Below, piece after piece: positions 1 to 9,944 of a stretch of 64,000 nucleotides of DNA; position 1 is the first letter of the stretch, and each line of letters starts with the position of its first letter. The stretch covers positions 20,761-84,760 of the forward strand of contig CAZHMK010000005.1 in NCBI GenBank assembly GCA_964533615.1, read 5' to 3'. The notes below the pieces were generated by a model, which saw only the letters and a program-made list of their open reading frames with translations, made no database searches and was not told the origin of the DNA. Position numbers and translations under genes: made by a program. The stretch comes from an uncultured Eubacteriaceae bacterium. GTDB taxonomy: Bacteria; Bacillota; Clostridia; Eubacteriales; UBA1433.

Positions 1-181
1 TGCCTGCAGAGGTTCCTGCAATCAAATCAGGATATAAATTATTTTCTTCAAGTGCCTTGATGACGCCAATATGAGCCATGCCGCGCATTCCTCCTCCGCT
101 CAAGCATAGCCCCCATTGCGGCTGATATAGCCCCTTGATTTTTGTTGAAAAAATTTTTTTTATTTCTTCAAAGTCATTCAT
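1..181 (-). CDS. Patatin-like phospholipase, N-terminal part (runs off the window edge)
   Basis: Not in the ORF track. Manual translation from ATG 181 gives [60 protein letters not shown], with the Gly-rich SGGGxRG and nucleophile GTSAG motifs. Confidence 0.9.
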   Translation of the reverse strand, partial: MNDFEEIKKIFSTKIKGLYQPQWGLCLSGGGMRGMAHIGVIKALEENNLYPDLIAGTSAG

Positions 182-196
182 CTAGCCATTTTCTCC

Positions 197-1513
197 TTAG
201 TCTAAATTTTTTTCTCGTTTTTTGCGTAAACTCTTTTGTAAAAGCCTAAATTCTTTCTTGCTTCTTTTAGAATACTCTTTTTCTCTGTAGAATCTTGCAA
301 TTTTTATGTCTAAAAGCTCTTTTTCAAAAATTAATTCTTCTTTTTTTATCTCTGTTACCGGACGACGCAGTAAATCTTTGAATAAAATCCGAAGAACTCC
401 GAAGATAGGTACTGCCAGCAGCATCCCCATTACTCCCCAGAACTTGCCGAAAATAACAATTGAAAAGATTACCCAAAACGCATTAATACCGATAGAATCC
501 CCCAAAATTTTGGGTTCCAGAATATTTGATTCGATCTGTTGCGCCACAATAATAATGATCAGTACCCAAAGTCCGTTGATCGGCGCAGTAAGCATTGCAA
601 GAAGTATTGCCGGGATCGAGCCTATGAGCGGGCCAAAAATCGGGATCATATTTGTGACACCGACAATAATAGCAATCAGGCTTGCATAATTAATTCGAAG
701 TATCAAACAAGGTATCAGTACCAAAATGATAATGATCAGCGAACAAAGTGCTTTTCCGGTTAAAAATGTATAAAACATTTCATCCAGCAGCATTAAAACA
801 TATTTTGTTCGGTAAAAAAGCTTTGCGGAGACTTTTTTTGTCAGCCTTGTTACCTGATTAATCAGACGCTCTTTGTCAATGAGCATATAAATGGCAAAAA
901 AGATTGCCAAAACCATATTCGTAAGCGTTGTACCAGTCGTGATAACAAAATTCACAAAATAATTCGCTATTTTTTCTAATGCGCCCTGCAGATCGGTCCA
1001 CCAAGTCGTGATGAGATTATTAATACTCTGTGAATCGGTGATATCCACGTCAAAGAATGCCAGCACATTTATAAAATGCTCGTCAACCAAAAATTTATTT
1101 GCAAGTGTATTTGCCTTTTCCATATACTGAGGTATATTAACAATGATTTGGCTGATACTGTCCACTATACCCGGTATCGCAAAGTAAATAATTAAAAAAA
1201 CTATCGTTAAAAACAAAAGAAGGGATATAATGACTGAAATTACTTTGCGCGCTCGCATGGGGATATAGAATTTTTTTATTTTAAGCAGATTCTTATTAAA
1301 GAAAATGGTAGGTTTATTTAATATATAGGCGAGCACAAACCCCCATATAACAGGCTTCAAGAGAGAATAGATAAAATGAAAAACATTTTTTATCGCATTA
1401 CCTACATCGGATATGTTGTATATTAAAAGCAAAAACAACACAACGACACATAGCGCAAACGCGGCATACATGCTGATACTGAAATATTTTTTGTTAATTT
1501 TGATTTTTTTCAT
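197..1513 (-). CDS. AI-2E family (PerM/UPF0118) transporter
   Basis: Multi-TM protein with family motifs NMIPIFGPLIGSIP and QQIESNILEPKILG. Confidence 0.9.
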   Translation of the reverse strand: MKKIKINKKYFSISMYAAFALCVVVLFLLLIYNISDVGNAIKNVFHFIYSLLKPVIWGFVLAYILNKPTIFFNKNLLKIKKFYIPMRARKVISVIISLLLFLTIVFLIIYFAIPGIVDSISQIIVNIPQYMEKANTLANKFLVDEHFINVLAFFDVDITDSQSINNLITTWWTDLQGALEKIANYFVNFVITTGTTLTNMVLAIFFAIYMLIDKERLINQVTRLTKKVSAKLFYRTKYVLMLLDEMFYTFLTGKALCSLIIIILVLIPCLILRINYASLIAIIVGVTNMIPIFGPLIGSIPAILLAMLTAPINGLWVLIIIIVAQQIESNILEPKILGDSIGINAFWVIFSIVIFGKFWGVMGMLLAVPIFGVLRILFKDLLRRPVTEIKKEELIFEKELLDIKIARFYREKEYSKRSKKEFRLLQKSLRKKREKNLD

Positions 1514-1595
1514 TTGGCTGCTCTTTCTTTATTAAAAATAGTTATAATTTCTTAAACTATGATATAATAAATAATCATGTATTTTTGAGGTCAAT

Positions 1596-2057
1596 ATGCT
1601 TTATTTTTTTATTTTTATAGCAATATTACTGCTGGACGGGGCCACCAAATATTTAGCTGTAAAATTTTTAGCACCTGTTGCAACTTATCCATTAATAAAT
1701 AATGTATTTCATCTAACCTATACTGAAAATACCGGTGCCGCTTTTTCAATTTTTCGAGACAGACAAATTTTCTTGATTATTCTGACTGCTGTTTTTTTAT
1801 TTTTGCTGTTATGTTATTTAGTTTATAACATCATTAAATACAAAAAATTTTTATTAAGCAACTTAGCAATCACTTGCATTATTGGCGGCGGCATTGACAA
1901 TTTAATCAGCCGGATTCGTTTTGGTTATGTGGTTGATATGTTTGATTTCCGGCTTATTGATTTCGCTATTTTCAATGTTGCCGATATTTTTATTACGATG
2001 GGTACTCTTTTATTAATCTTAAGTGTTTTTGTTTTCGAAAAAGACTTATTAAAATAA
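1596..2057 (+). CDS. lspA: Lipoprotein signal peptidase II
   Basis: NTGAAFS, GYVVDM and FNVAD motifs; four hydrophobic segments. Confidence 0.95.
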   Translation: MLYFFIFIAILLLDGATKYLAVKFLAPVATYPLINNVFHLTYTENTGAAFSIFRDRQIFLIILTAVFLFLLLCYLVYNIIKYKKFLLSNLAITCIIGGGIDNLISRIRFGYVVDMFDFRLIDFAIFNVADIFITMGTLLLILSVFVFEKDLLK

Positions 2058-2062
2058 ATATC

Positions 2063-2914
2063 TTATCCAAAGATTGTTTGATATATTTTACCATATTTCT
2101 TTTTCAAATTGTTATAAGCTTTATTACATTTCTCTTCGCTGGCAAAAATACCAAACACGCAGGAGCCGCTTCCACTCATCAATGCTGTAATGGCATTGTA
2201 TTTTAAAAGTTCGTTTTTTATAGTGCAAACATACTCTCTTTGCCCGATAAATCTTTCAAATGTATTGTGCGTATATTCTTTTATGATGTCATAATTCTTT
2301 TGAGCATATGCTTCATACAAATTATCCGCATTGCAATTCATATGAAGTTGTTTTGGATCCAGTGATTTATAAGCTTCCTTTGTGGATATCCCAAACGAAG
2401 GCTTTATGATGAGCACATGATAACCACGGAGTTCATTTTTTTGTGTGATATGTTCTCCTGTTCCGGCGATTACTGATGTTGCGCTTCCAAAAAAGAACGG
2501 AACATCACAGCCTATCCGAATGCCTATACTCATTTTTTCATCATAAGTCAGCTTTGTATTGTAAAGCCTGTCCAACGCATTGATCACAGCAGCCGCGTTG
2601 CTGCTGCTTCCGCCCAAGCCTGCCATATGTGGAATATGTTTTATAATCAATATATCGGCTCCGCTGCAAATATTTGTGTATTTAAAATAATACTTTGCCG
2701 CACGCAATGCCGTATTCGTGTCGATTTCATCATTTAATTCATCAATATTTGTACGGACAGTTATTGTTTTTTCATTTTTTTTCACATGTACTTCATCATA
2801 TAGCTGCACTCTTTGGATGAGAGAGGATATTTGATGATAGTTGTTTGGAAGTCTGCGTATTACATTTAAGCATAGGTTAATTTTAGCATATGATTTTAAC
2901 TTGATTTCATTCAT
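2063..2914 (-). CDS. ispE: 4-diphosphocytidyl-2-C-methyl-D-erythritol kinase
   Basis: AKINLxL start, GHMP motif IPHMAGLGGSSSNAA, GCDVPFF, MSGSGS. Confidence 0.95.
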   Translation of the reverse strand: MNEIKLKSYAKINLCLNVIRRLPNNYHQISSLIQRVQLYDEVHVKKNEKTITVRTNIDELNDEIDTNTALRAAKYYFKYTNICSGADILIIKHIPHMAGLGGSSSNAAAVINALDRLYNTKLTYDEKMSIGIRIGCDVPFFFGSATSVIAGTGEHITQKNELRGYHVLIIKPSFGISTKEAYKSLDPKQLHMNCNADNLYEAYAQKNYDIIKEYTHNTFERFIGQREYVCTIKNELLKYNAITALMSGSGSCVFGIFASEEKCNKAYNNLKKKYGKIYQTIFG

Positions 2915-5900
2915 TTATTTTTACTTCCGTGTCAATTATAATATTTTCTCCCATATTTATAAAGCATATTACGCTTTTTACCTGTTCTGCCTGCATAATT
3001 TCTTCATATGCTCTCTGATACATTTGCAACTGAAGGGTATATGTTTTTATCTTGTCTTCTTTACTTTCGTCATTGTAGTAGGTATCTGTTTTGTAATCGA
3101 GAATATATGTACTCTCTTCATCGCTGAATATGCAATCAATAACTCCTTGTATATATAATTTTTCGTCGCTTTGTATGTTCTCATCAATCTCATTTGCTTT
3201 AATTGTATAATAGAATTCAACTTCTCTTTGTACATCTTTTGCTGCAAGCATTTTTTGTCCTATATCGGATGCGAAAAATTTTGCCAGCATGAGTGTATCA
3301 ATACTTTTTTGTTCCTGTACACTAATGACATTTTCTCGCATGAGGTGCTGTACATATTCTGTTAAATATGTTTCATAATGCGGGGCGTTTTTCAACACAT
3401 CTAAAGAAACAGTTTGCAAAATATAATGTACGATGACTCCTTTGCGTAGCGGCGAGATGTTATTTTCATCAATATTTTCAAAAGATGCTGTCTTTTTTTG
3501 AGAGGCATATGCTCTTTGCTTGAGTTCGGTTACCGTTGTTTTTTGAGGTATCATTAAACTGTTTTCGTATTTATAACGCCAATTTAATTGTTCTTTTATT
3601 TCTCTGTCGAGCTCGCCTGCATCATTATTTTGGAGCAATTTAAATATTTGCTTTTTTGTAAAGTTCTTTTCCGTTTTAGCCCTGTTAAGTGCGCTCGGCT
3701 GTACAATAAGATTAAATATGCCTTTATTATAAGCGCAATCTTTATGCATAATAGCATACATTATGAAATTTATAAATGAATTTAATTTTTTTGTCTCAAA
3801 ACTATTGACTTGTCTGCTCCACTCTTTCATTCTGCTTTCCAGTTTATCTTCATCAATGAGAGATGTGATAATGAGCTGCTCTTCTGCCCGCGTGAGAGCA
3901 ACATATAAAAGACGCATCTGCTCAGCCAGTATTTCATCATAAACAGTGGCTTTGACGGCAGTTTTTGCGAAGCTGTCGCATTTATAACCGAGATCCATAT
4001 CATAGTAAGTGGCGCCGATTCCCAAGTTTTTGTGATATATAATTTCCTTTTTGATATCGTCGGTATTGAATCGCTTTGATGTTCTGCCTAAGATAACGAT
4101 TGGAAACTCCAACCCCTTGCTTTTATGTATACTCATGATTCTAACCGCGTTGCCATTTTGTTTTACTGAAGTTCCCGCAAACTGGTCTACCTGTGACTGT
4201 TTTATTTTTTCTACGAGACGAATAAATCCAAATAACCCTGCTCCGCCGTTTTTTTCATATTTCTTTGCCAAATTTAAAAGCAGCGAAAGATTATCTCTTC
4301 TATAGCTTCCGTATTCCAGCAGAGAGGCATATTCGTAGTATCCTGTCTCTTGATAGATTAAATAAAGCAGATCATAAAGACTCAAATATTTGCTTTTCTC
4401 TCTGTAACTTTTAATGACTTCATAAAAATATGCAAGTTTTTGACTAAGAACATTGCTGTGGCAACGTATATAGGCTTTCACTGCTTCGTAAAAAAAGCCT
4501 TTTTGATGTTCTTTTCTGATTTGAATCATTTCACTGAGTTTAAAATCGAAAAAAGGCGCTCTCATCAGAGCAATGAGCTCAATATCCAGATCATCATTAT
4601 CGATGACAGAGAGAAAGCTCATCATGAGATTCACTTCCATATTGTCAAAATAATCTTTGCCTGCATCATAAAAAGCGGGAATATTGTTTTGTGCAAAGAT
4701 ATCCAGATAACAAGGCGCATCGACATTTGGACTGGCAAGCAAGATGACGATGTCTCCATAGGTTACATTTCTCTTCGCGTCAAGCTTTTTATCATAGACT
4801 TGGGTATCCAAAAGCTTAGATATGATCTCAATCGTGCTTTGCGCTTCTATCTCCGCGGATTCATAGTCGTTGATTTCATCCAAAACATCATTATCCTGCC
4901 CGGTTTGACCGTCGATTTCTTGCCTTCCGTTACACTTTGTAAATAAATAAATGCCGGTTTTATCCCCCATCACGCCATCGGTCCTGGCAAATACCAATTT
5001 CGCATCGTCATCATAATCAATATCTGCCGAATCCTTATTCATAATTTCACTGAAAATGGCATTGACGCAGTTGATTACATTTTGACTGCTCCTGAAATTT
5101 TTATTTAAAATAATCAGTTCATTTTCATTGTTTTCTTTGCGATATTCTTTATACTTTCTGTTAAAAATATCCGCCTCGGCCAAACGAAAACGATAAATGC
5201 TTTGCTTGACATCACCGACCATAAACAAATTATCATCTTTGCAGATTTTCCTAAGCAATTCTTCCTGCAATATACTAATATCCTGATATTCATCAATAAA
5301 AACATAGTCGTAACTGTTTTTTATTTCTTGGGAAATATCTTCTGTTTGCAGGATTTTTAGACAATAATGCTCACAATCGTTAAAAGTGATGGCTTTTCTT
5401 TTATATTTTTTTTCGGTATAAAGCATGTCAAACGCCTGCACTACACTATAGAGCGCTTTTAGTATAATATATATTTTTTGATTTTCTTTTTCCGCCTTTT
5501 TTAAACTGAAACCGCCTATTGCTGCGCGCGTGTTTTTAACCAGCTCTTTTGCTGCATCTCTGGCTTCTTTGATTTCATCCTTGATCTCACCTTTATAGCA
5601 CCTTGGAATGGCCAGCCTACCGATAGAATAGGCTTTGGATGCAGCAGCGAATACGTCGAAGCCTTCATGAAGGCTTAAGAGGAGACGATCGATTTGCTGT
5701 TCTTCTTCTGCAAGAGCTGCAATGCTTTGCTCGTCAATATAGCTTTCTGCCAGCTCAACAGCTTTATGCTGAAGCTTTTTTGCCTGGGACAACTGCTGGA
5801 TATAAGTATTTTTTAAAACATCGGCCCATTTGCTTTTGTTTAAATTTTCGCAGCTATTGTAATACTCTATTTCACTTTGAAGCCAGGTCAGGCCTTCGGG

Positions 5901-6521
5901 TCTGCTCTGCGCATAGTCATGCGCCTGCAGAATAATTTCTTTTAAGCTTTCTATGCCTGAAGAGGTGGTATAGATATCGCTGAGCTGTAAAAAATCGCTC
6001 CGTGCTTCTTCATAAAATTGCTCCAAAACTTCCTGCAGCGCTTCCGCGCGTAATAAAAACTCATCCGCACCTTCGATAATAAAAAAATCACAAGGCACAT
6101 CGACCGCATAAAAATAATTTCTGATGATTTTGATACACAACGCATGCAGCGTGCCGATATCCGCACCGTTTAAATAAGTTATTTGTTCTCTTAAGTGCCG
6201 GCTGTCGATGCCGTCTTCATAGATAAGTCTTGAGAGCGCATCATATATTTTTTTGTTCATTTGTGATGCCGCGGCATTTGTGAAAGTTGCAAGAAGCATT
6301 TTACGAATATCTTTGTTGTCTTTTGCGATAAGTTTGATGATGCGCTGCACCAGCACATAAGTTTTGCCGCTGCCTGCCGCTGCCGATATTAAAATGTTCT
6401 TGTTTTTTTCTTCGCCCGCATAGACCGCTTCTCTTTGCTCGGCAGTCATATTCTTTTGATTTTTAATCAATGCTTCTTTTATGAGAGAGGGTATACCTTG
6501 TGCATCACTTCTTTTATTCAT
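2907..6521 (-). CDS. addA: ATP-dependent helicase/nuclease subunit A
   Basis: SAAAGSGKT, DEYQD, VGDVKQSIYRFR, HKSKGLEFP, YVALTRA and C-terminal nuclease QGVIDC..DYKT; overlaps addB and ispE by 8 nt. Confidence 0.96.
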   Translation of the reverse strand: MNKRSDAQGIPSLIKEALIKNQKNMTAEQREAVYAGEEKNKNILISAAAGSGKTYVLVQRIIKLIAKDNKDIRKMLLATFTNAAASQMNKKIYDALSRLIYEDGIDSRHLREQITYLNGADIGTLHALCIKIIRNYFYAVDVPCDFFIIEGADEFLLRAEALQEVLEQFYEEARSDFLQLSDIYTTSSGIESLKEIILQAHDYAQSRPEGLTWLQSEIEYYNSCENLNKSKWADVLKNTYIQQLSQAKKLQHKAVELAESYIDEQSIAALAEEEQQIDRLLLSLHEGFDVFAAASKAYSIGRLAIPRCYKGEIKDEIKEARDAAKELVKNTRAAIGGFSLKKAEKENQKIYIILKALYSVVQAFDMLYTEKKYKRKAITFNDCEHYCLKILQTEDISQEIKNSYDYVFIDEYQDISILQEELLRKICKDDNLFMVGDVKQSIYRFRLAEADIFNRKYKEYRKENNENELIILNKNFRSSQNVINCVNAIFSEIMNKDSADIDYDDDAKLVFARTDGVMGDKTGIYLFTKCNGRQEIDGQTGQDNDVLDEINDYESAEIEAQSTIEIISKLLDTQVYDKKLDAKRNVTYGDIVILLASPNVDAPCYLDIFAQNNIPAFYDAGKDYFDNMEVNLMMSFLSVIDNDDLDIELIALMRAPFFDFKLSEMIQIRKEHQKGFFYEAVKAYIRCHSNVLSQKLAYFYEVIKSYREKSKYLSLYDLLYLIYQETGYYEYASLLEYGSYRRDNLSLLLNLAKKYEKNGGAGLFGFIRLVEKIKQSQVDQFAGTSVKQNGNAVRIMSIHKSKGLEFPIVILGRTSKRFNTDDIKKEIIYHKNLGIGATYYDMDLGYKCDSFAKTAVKATVYDEILAEQMRLLYVALTRAEEQLIITSLIDEDKLESRMKEWSRQVNSFETKKLNSFINFIMYAIMHKDCAYNKGIFNLIVQPSALNRAKTEKNFTKKQIFKLLQNNDAGELDREIKEQLNWRYKYENSLMIPQKTTVTELKQRAYASQKKTASFENIDENNISPLRKGVIVHYILQTVSLDVLKNAPHYETYLTEYVQHLMRENVISVQEQKSIDTLMLAKFFASDIGQKMLAAKDVQREVEFYYTIKANEIDENIQSDEKLYIQGVIDCIFSDEESTYILDYKTDTYYNDESKEDKIKTYTLQLQMYQRAYEEIMQAEQVKSVICFINMGENIIIDTEVKINE

Positions 6522-9500
6522 CGTTGCAACCTTTGATTTTTTCTATGATATTTTTTTTGTTTACCTTGTCCATTTTTTTATAATAGTTCTTCTCAAAGCA
6601 ATGATCAAAATTACATACTTTTTTATAGGGACAGTAAGTACATGAACTTTTATACGGATTGGGTGCGACTTGTCCCGATAAGATTTCTTGGACAAATTTT
6701 TCTACGAGCGCCGCACTGTGTTTAAGCAGCCTCTGCATCTCCTGCGGTGAGAAGACATGCGCACTTTCCTTTAGCTGGCTGTTCGCTTTATAAGAGATTG
6801 TGCTGCATGCTTTTGTTTTATCATCCTTTGCGTTTTTATCGATTGCCATAATGATGTCATCATCATTGACTGCAATTCCGAAATATCTCATTTCCTCATT
6901 GATTTTATCGGCTAATGCCTCACCGCTGCCTACTTCATTATTATATTTTATGATTGGATGTGCAAATTTATAGTAAAACATCCCCGCGGGCTGACTTTTC
7001 TGCAAGCTTCTCAGACAAGAGAGCATATACAAATTTAACTGCAAATCAAGACCGTAATATATTTTTGTATAATCGAGATTGATATTACCTGTTTTATAAT
7101 CAAAAACTTTAAAATAAGTAATACCGTTTTGCTCAAATGTATCTACACGGTCGATTTTGCCTTCGACATTTACGTCAATGCCATCTATGTTCGCAATTGG
7201 AATGGGCGGATAGCTTTTCCCTTCTCCAAACTCGATTTCGCTGCCTGCTATCGCGAACTCGGATGCATTGATATGCTCCACCATTTTGCTGATTGTTTTC
7301 TTTGCCACTTGTTTTGCTTTTGAAAACAATGCACTGTTTAATTTGTCTGATTCAAAAACGCCGTTTTTAAATTCCTGCTCGTTTTTTTCTATGATTTTTT
7401 CAATGATCTCTTCTATTTCTTCATTCGTGACGGTTTTTAAGTCGATATGATTTTGCAAAATATGCTCGGTAAATTCTTCTCCGGTGCTGTGCATGAGATT
7501 TCCTATATCGAGTGCATTGATTTCCCATAGTTCACGCTTTTGCGGCTTTAGCGTATACTGCATAAAGTATTTAAACGGACAGTGGGCATATGTGCTCATA
7601 TTGCTGGCACTGACAATAAAAGGGTTTGATTTTACGGCTCTTATATCTTCTTTTGAAAGCTGCTCCGTAGCATTATCAAACTGCATTGCTTTTTTTATGA
7701 GCTCAATTCTTTTCTCGTATTGTGCGTTTTGGCTATACAAACAGAATAAATCTACTAATACTTTATCAGGCGCTGTTTTATTTTGAATACTTTGACTCAA
7801 CTGTGTTACCAGGCTTTGGTAAGTGCCTTCGAGCGTTGTAATAAAAAAATCCTTTTCGCCTATAGGCAGCGGAACAGTACCGAACATCGCACAAATTTGC
7901 TGTGCGATGGCGCAAAGCTCAAGTGTTTGCGCATCATCGTCTGAAAGAGGCGCTGTAAGAATTAAATTTTCTTTTGGTTCTGAGAGAATGCTGTAGATAT
8001 AAAACCTTTCTTTGGCAATATGACCTTTCAGCTCCCCTGCAAGGTCCAGCCCTTTCTCTGTGAGGATCTGTTTTTCCTTTTGTGTAAAAATTCCTTCTCC
8101 CGTTACCTTTTTGGGCATATTCCCTTCAGTCGCACCGATGATTACAGCGACTTTTATATTGGATATTCTGCTTCTCGCAAAATCCCCAACCATGATGCAG
8201 TCGGACGCAATAGGCAGCACACCCGCATTTTCACTGCTGATCGATTGCCTGAATACCTGATAAAATTCTTCAAGAGTTGCAGGCTGATCTTTTAAGAAAT
8301 AATTGATAAATTCAAGGCTTTCCTTTATGATCCGAATAATCTGCTGCTCAATGGAGCTTTCCACAAACAGCTCATTTTCCTCACAAAATGTGATATTTTC
8401 ATTGACCCGGCTTATAACAGCATCACTATCAATGACATAATAGATGAAATCAGCTATTTGGTCATATGTTTTTAATGATTTGCTTCTTTCATACCAGCCT
8501 TTTATCTGACAGGCGAATTTCTCACGTATATCGTTGATTTCTTTTAACTTATTTTTATCCTTTGTATCCGCTTTCAAAAACTCTTTAAAGTACTGCTCTT
8601 TTTTGATCCCGTATTTTAAAACGTAGTTTTCAAAAAGATTGATTTCTTCATCACTCAGTGTGCTGAATCCTGTCTTTAAAAATTCAAACACATCTCTGTA
8701 ATAGAAGCTTCCATGCTGCATCATGCTCAAAAACGAAAAAATCATTCTAACTAAACAGTTATGTTTGATATCGTGCCGGTCATCTATGAAATAAGGTATC
8801 TTTACATCATCAAACGCCTTTTGCAGATAGGGTGCGTAGGCTTCCAAATCATTTGTAAAGACTGCTATGTCCTTATAGCGCAGATCCTTCGTTTGCATGA
8901 GAGAAAGTATTTTCTGTGCTGTGTAGGCTGCTTCCTGCTGCATATCATTGAGTACATAGACTTGCGGGAGCTCTTCGTTTTGAGTAGATATGTATTTTTT
9001 GAAACGATATTTAAAAATGTTTTCTTCTATATGCAGAATAGGCTTTGATGTATTCTTTTTTTTATGAAAATGTATGTTATTTATTTTAATACGATTACAC
9101 TTGGCAATTTGGATGATATCTTTTTTGAATTTTTCCGTGATGGAAAAAATATCTCTGTCATCTTCTTCTTCATATCGAATCGCTACCGTCGTGCTTGCTG
9201 CCTGAGAGAAAATATGCTCCAGCATTGCAAGCCGTTGTTTGTCGAGCGTATAAAAACCATCGATATAAACATATGTATCTTTAAAAGTGTCTTCTTTGAT
9301 AATTTCTTCGCTCGCCTGTTCTATTAGATCCTCCGCATCATAAAACTTCCTATTGATATAGTTTTCGTATGCATCATAAATACACATAATTTCCCGTATT
9401 TTTTTATCCAGCAATTTGCTTTCACCAAGCGAGATCAGCTGGTTTGGCTTTACTTGATTTTTCTTAAATTCACCGATACATCCCAGCATCATTTCTCCAA

Positions 9501-9843
9501 GTCCGTCATGCATCCAGCTTTTTGAATAGATTGTAAGATTTGGTGATACATCAATTAATATTTTCTTTAAGACAATCAAAGCCGCTTTTTTGCTCAGCGG
9601 TTGTTTTTGCATTTTTGATGCTTTATTGAGCAGCTGATAAGCAAGGCGTGAAAAACTGAGCACATGAATGCCCATCATGCCCGGTGTATCCAAAATATCA
9701 ATGATTTCTTTTTCAGCTTGAAAGCTGTATTGCTCGGGAATGAGCAGATAGACTCTTTTTTTCCCTTTGATGTCTTTGGCAATTTGCTCGTATATGTATC
9801 TGCTTTTACCCGTCCCCTGCCTGCCTGTAATTAAATTTAACAT
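6514..9843 (-). CDS. addB: ATP-dependent helicase/nuclease subunit B
   Basis: N-terminal GRQGTGKS, PEQYSF, Fe-S Cys motifs (HCPF ... CTYCPYKKVC), nuclease GKIDRVD..DYKTG. Confidence 0.95.
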   Translation of the reverse strand: MLNLITGRQGTGKSRYIYEQIAKDIKGKKRVYLLIPEQYSFQAEKEIIDILDTPGMMGIHVLSFSRLAYQLLNKASKMQKQPLSKKAALIVLKKILIDVSPNLTIYSKSWMHDGLGEMMLGCIGEFKKNQVKPNQLISLGESKLLDKKIREIMCIYDAYENYINRKFYDAEDLIEQASEEIIKEDTFKDTYVYIDGFYTLDKQRLAMLEHIFSQAASTTVAIRYEEEDDRDIFSITEKFKKDIIQIAKCNRIKINNIHFHKKKNTSKPILHIEENIFKYRFKKYISTQNEELPQVYVLNDMQQEAAYTAQKILSLMQTKDLRYKDIAVFTNDLEAYAPYLQKAFDDVKIPYFIDDRHDIKHNCLVRMIFSFLSMMQHGSFYYRDVFEFLKTGFSTLSDEEINLFENYVLKYGIKKEQYFKEFLKADTKDKNKLKEINDIREKFACQIKGWYERSKSLKTYDQIADFIYYVIDSDAVISRVNENITFCEENELFVESSIEQQIIRIIKESLEFINYFLKDQPATLEEFYQVFRQSISSENAGVLPIASDCIMVGDFARSRISNIKVAVIIGATEGNMPKKVTGEGIFTQKEKQILTEKGLDLAGELKGHIAKERFYIYSILSEPKENLILTAPLSDDDAQTLELCAIAQQICAMFGTVPLPIGEKDFFITTLEGTYQSLVTQLSQSIQNKTAPDKVLVDLFCLYSQNAQYEKRIELIKKAMQFDNATEQLSKEDIRAVKSNPFIVSASNMSTYAHCPFKYFMQYTLKPQKRELWEINALDIGNLMHSTGEEFTEHILQNHIDLKTVTNEEIEEIIEKIIEKNEQEFKNGVFESDKLNSALFSKAKQVAKKTISKMVEHINASEFAIAGSEIEFGEGKSYPPIPIANIDGIDVNVEGKIDRVDTFEQNGITYFKVFDYKTGNINLDYTKIYYGLDLQLNLYMLSCLRSLQKSQPAGMFYYKFAHPIIKYNNEVGSGEALADKINEEMRYFGIAVNDDDIIMAIDKNAKDDKTKACSTISYKANSQLKESAHVFSPQEMQRLLKHSAALVEKFVQEILSGQVAPNPYKSSCTYCPYKKVCNFDHCFEKNYYKKMDKVNKKNIIEKIKGCNDE

Positions 9844-9944
9844 ATCAGCCTCATTTATTTGCTAACGAATTCCTATAAATGATAATAACATAAAACATCT
9901 TTTTCTTGTAAATTTTCACAAATATTTCACATACCACTTCAGGA

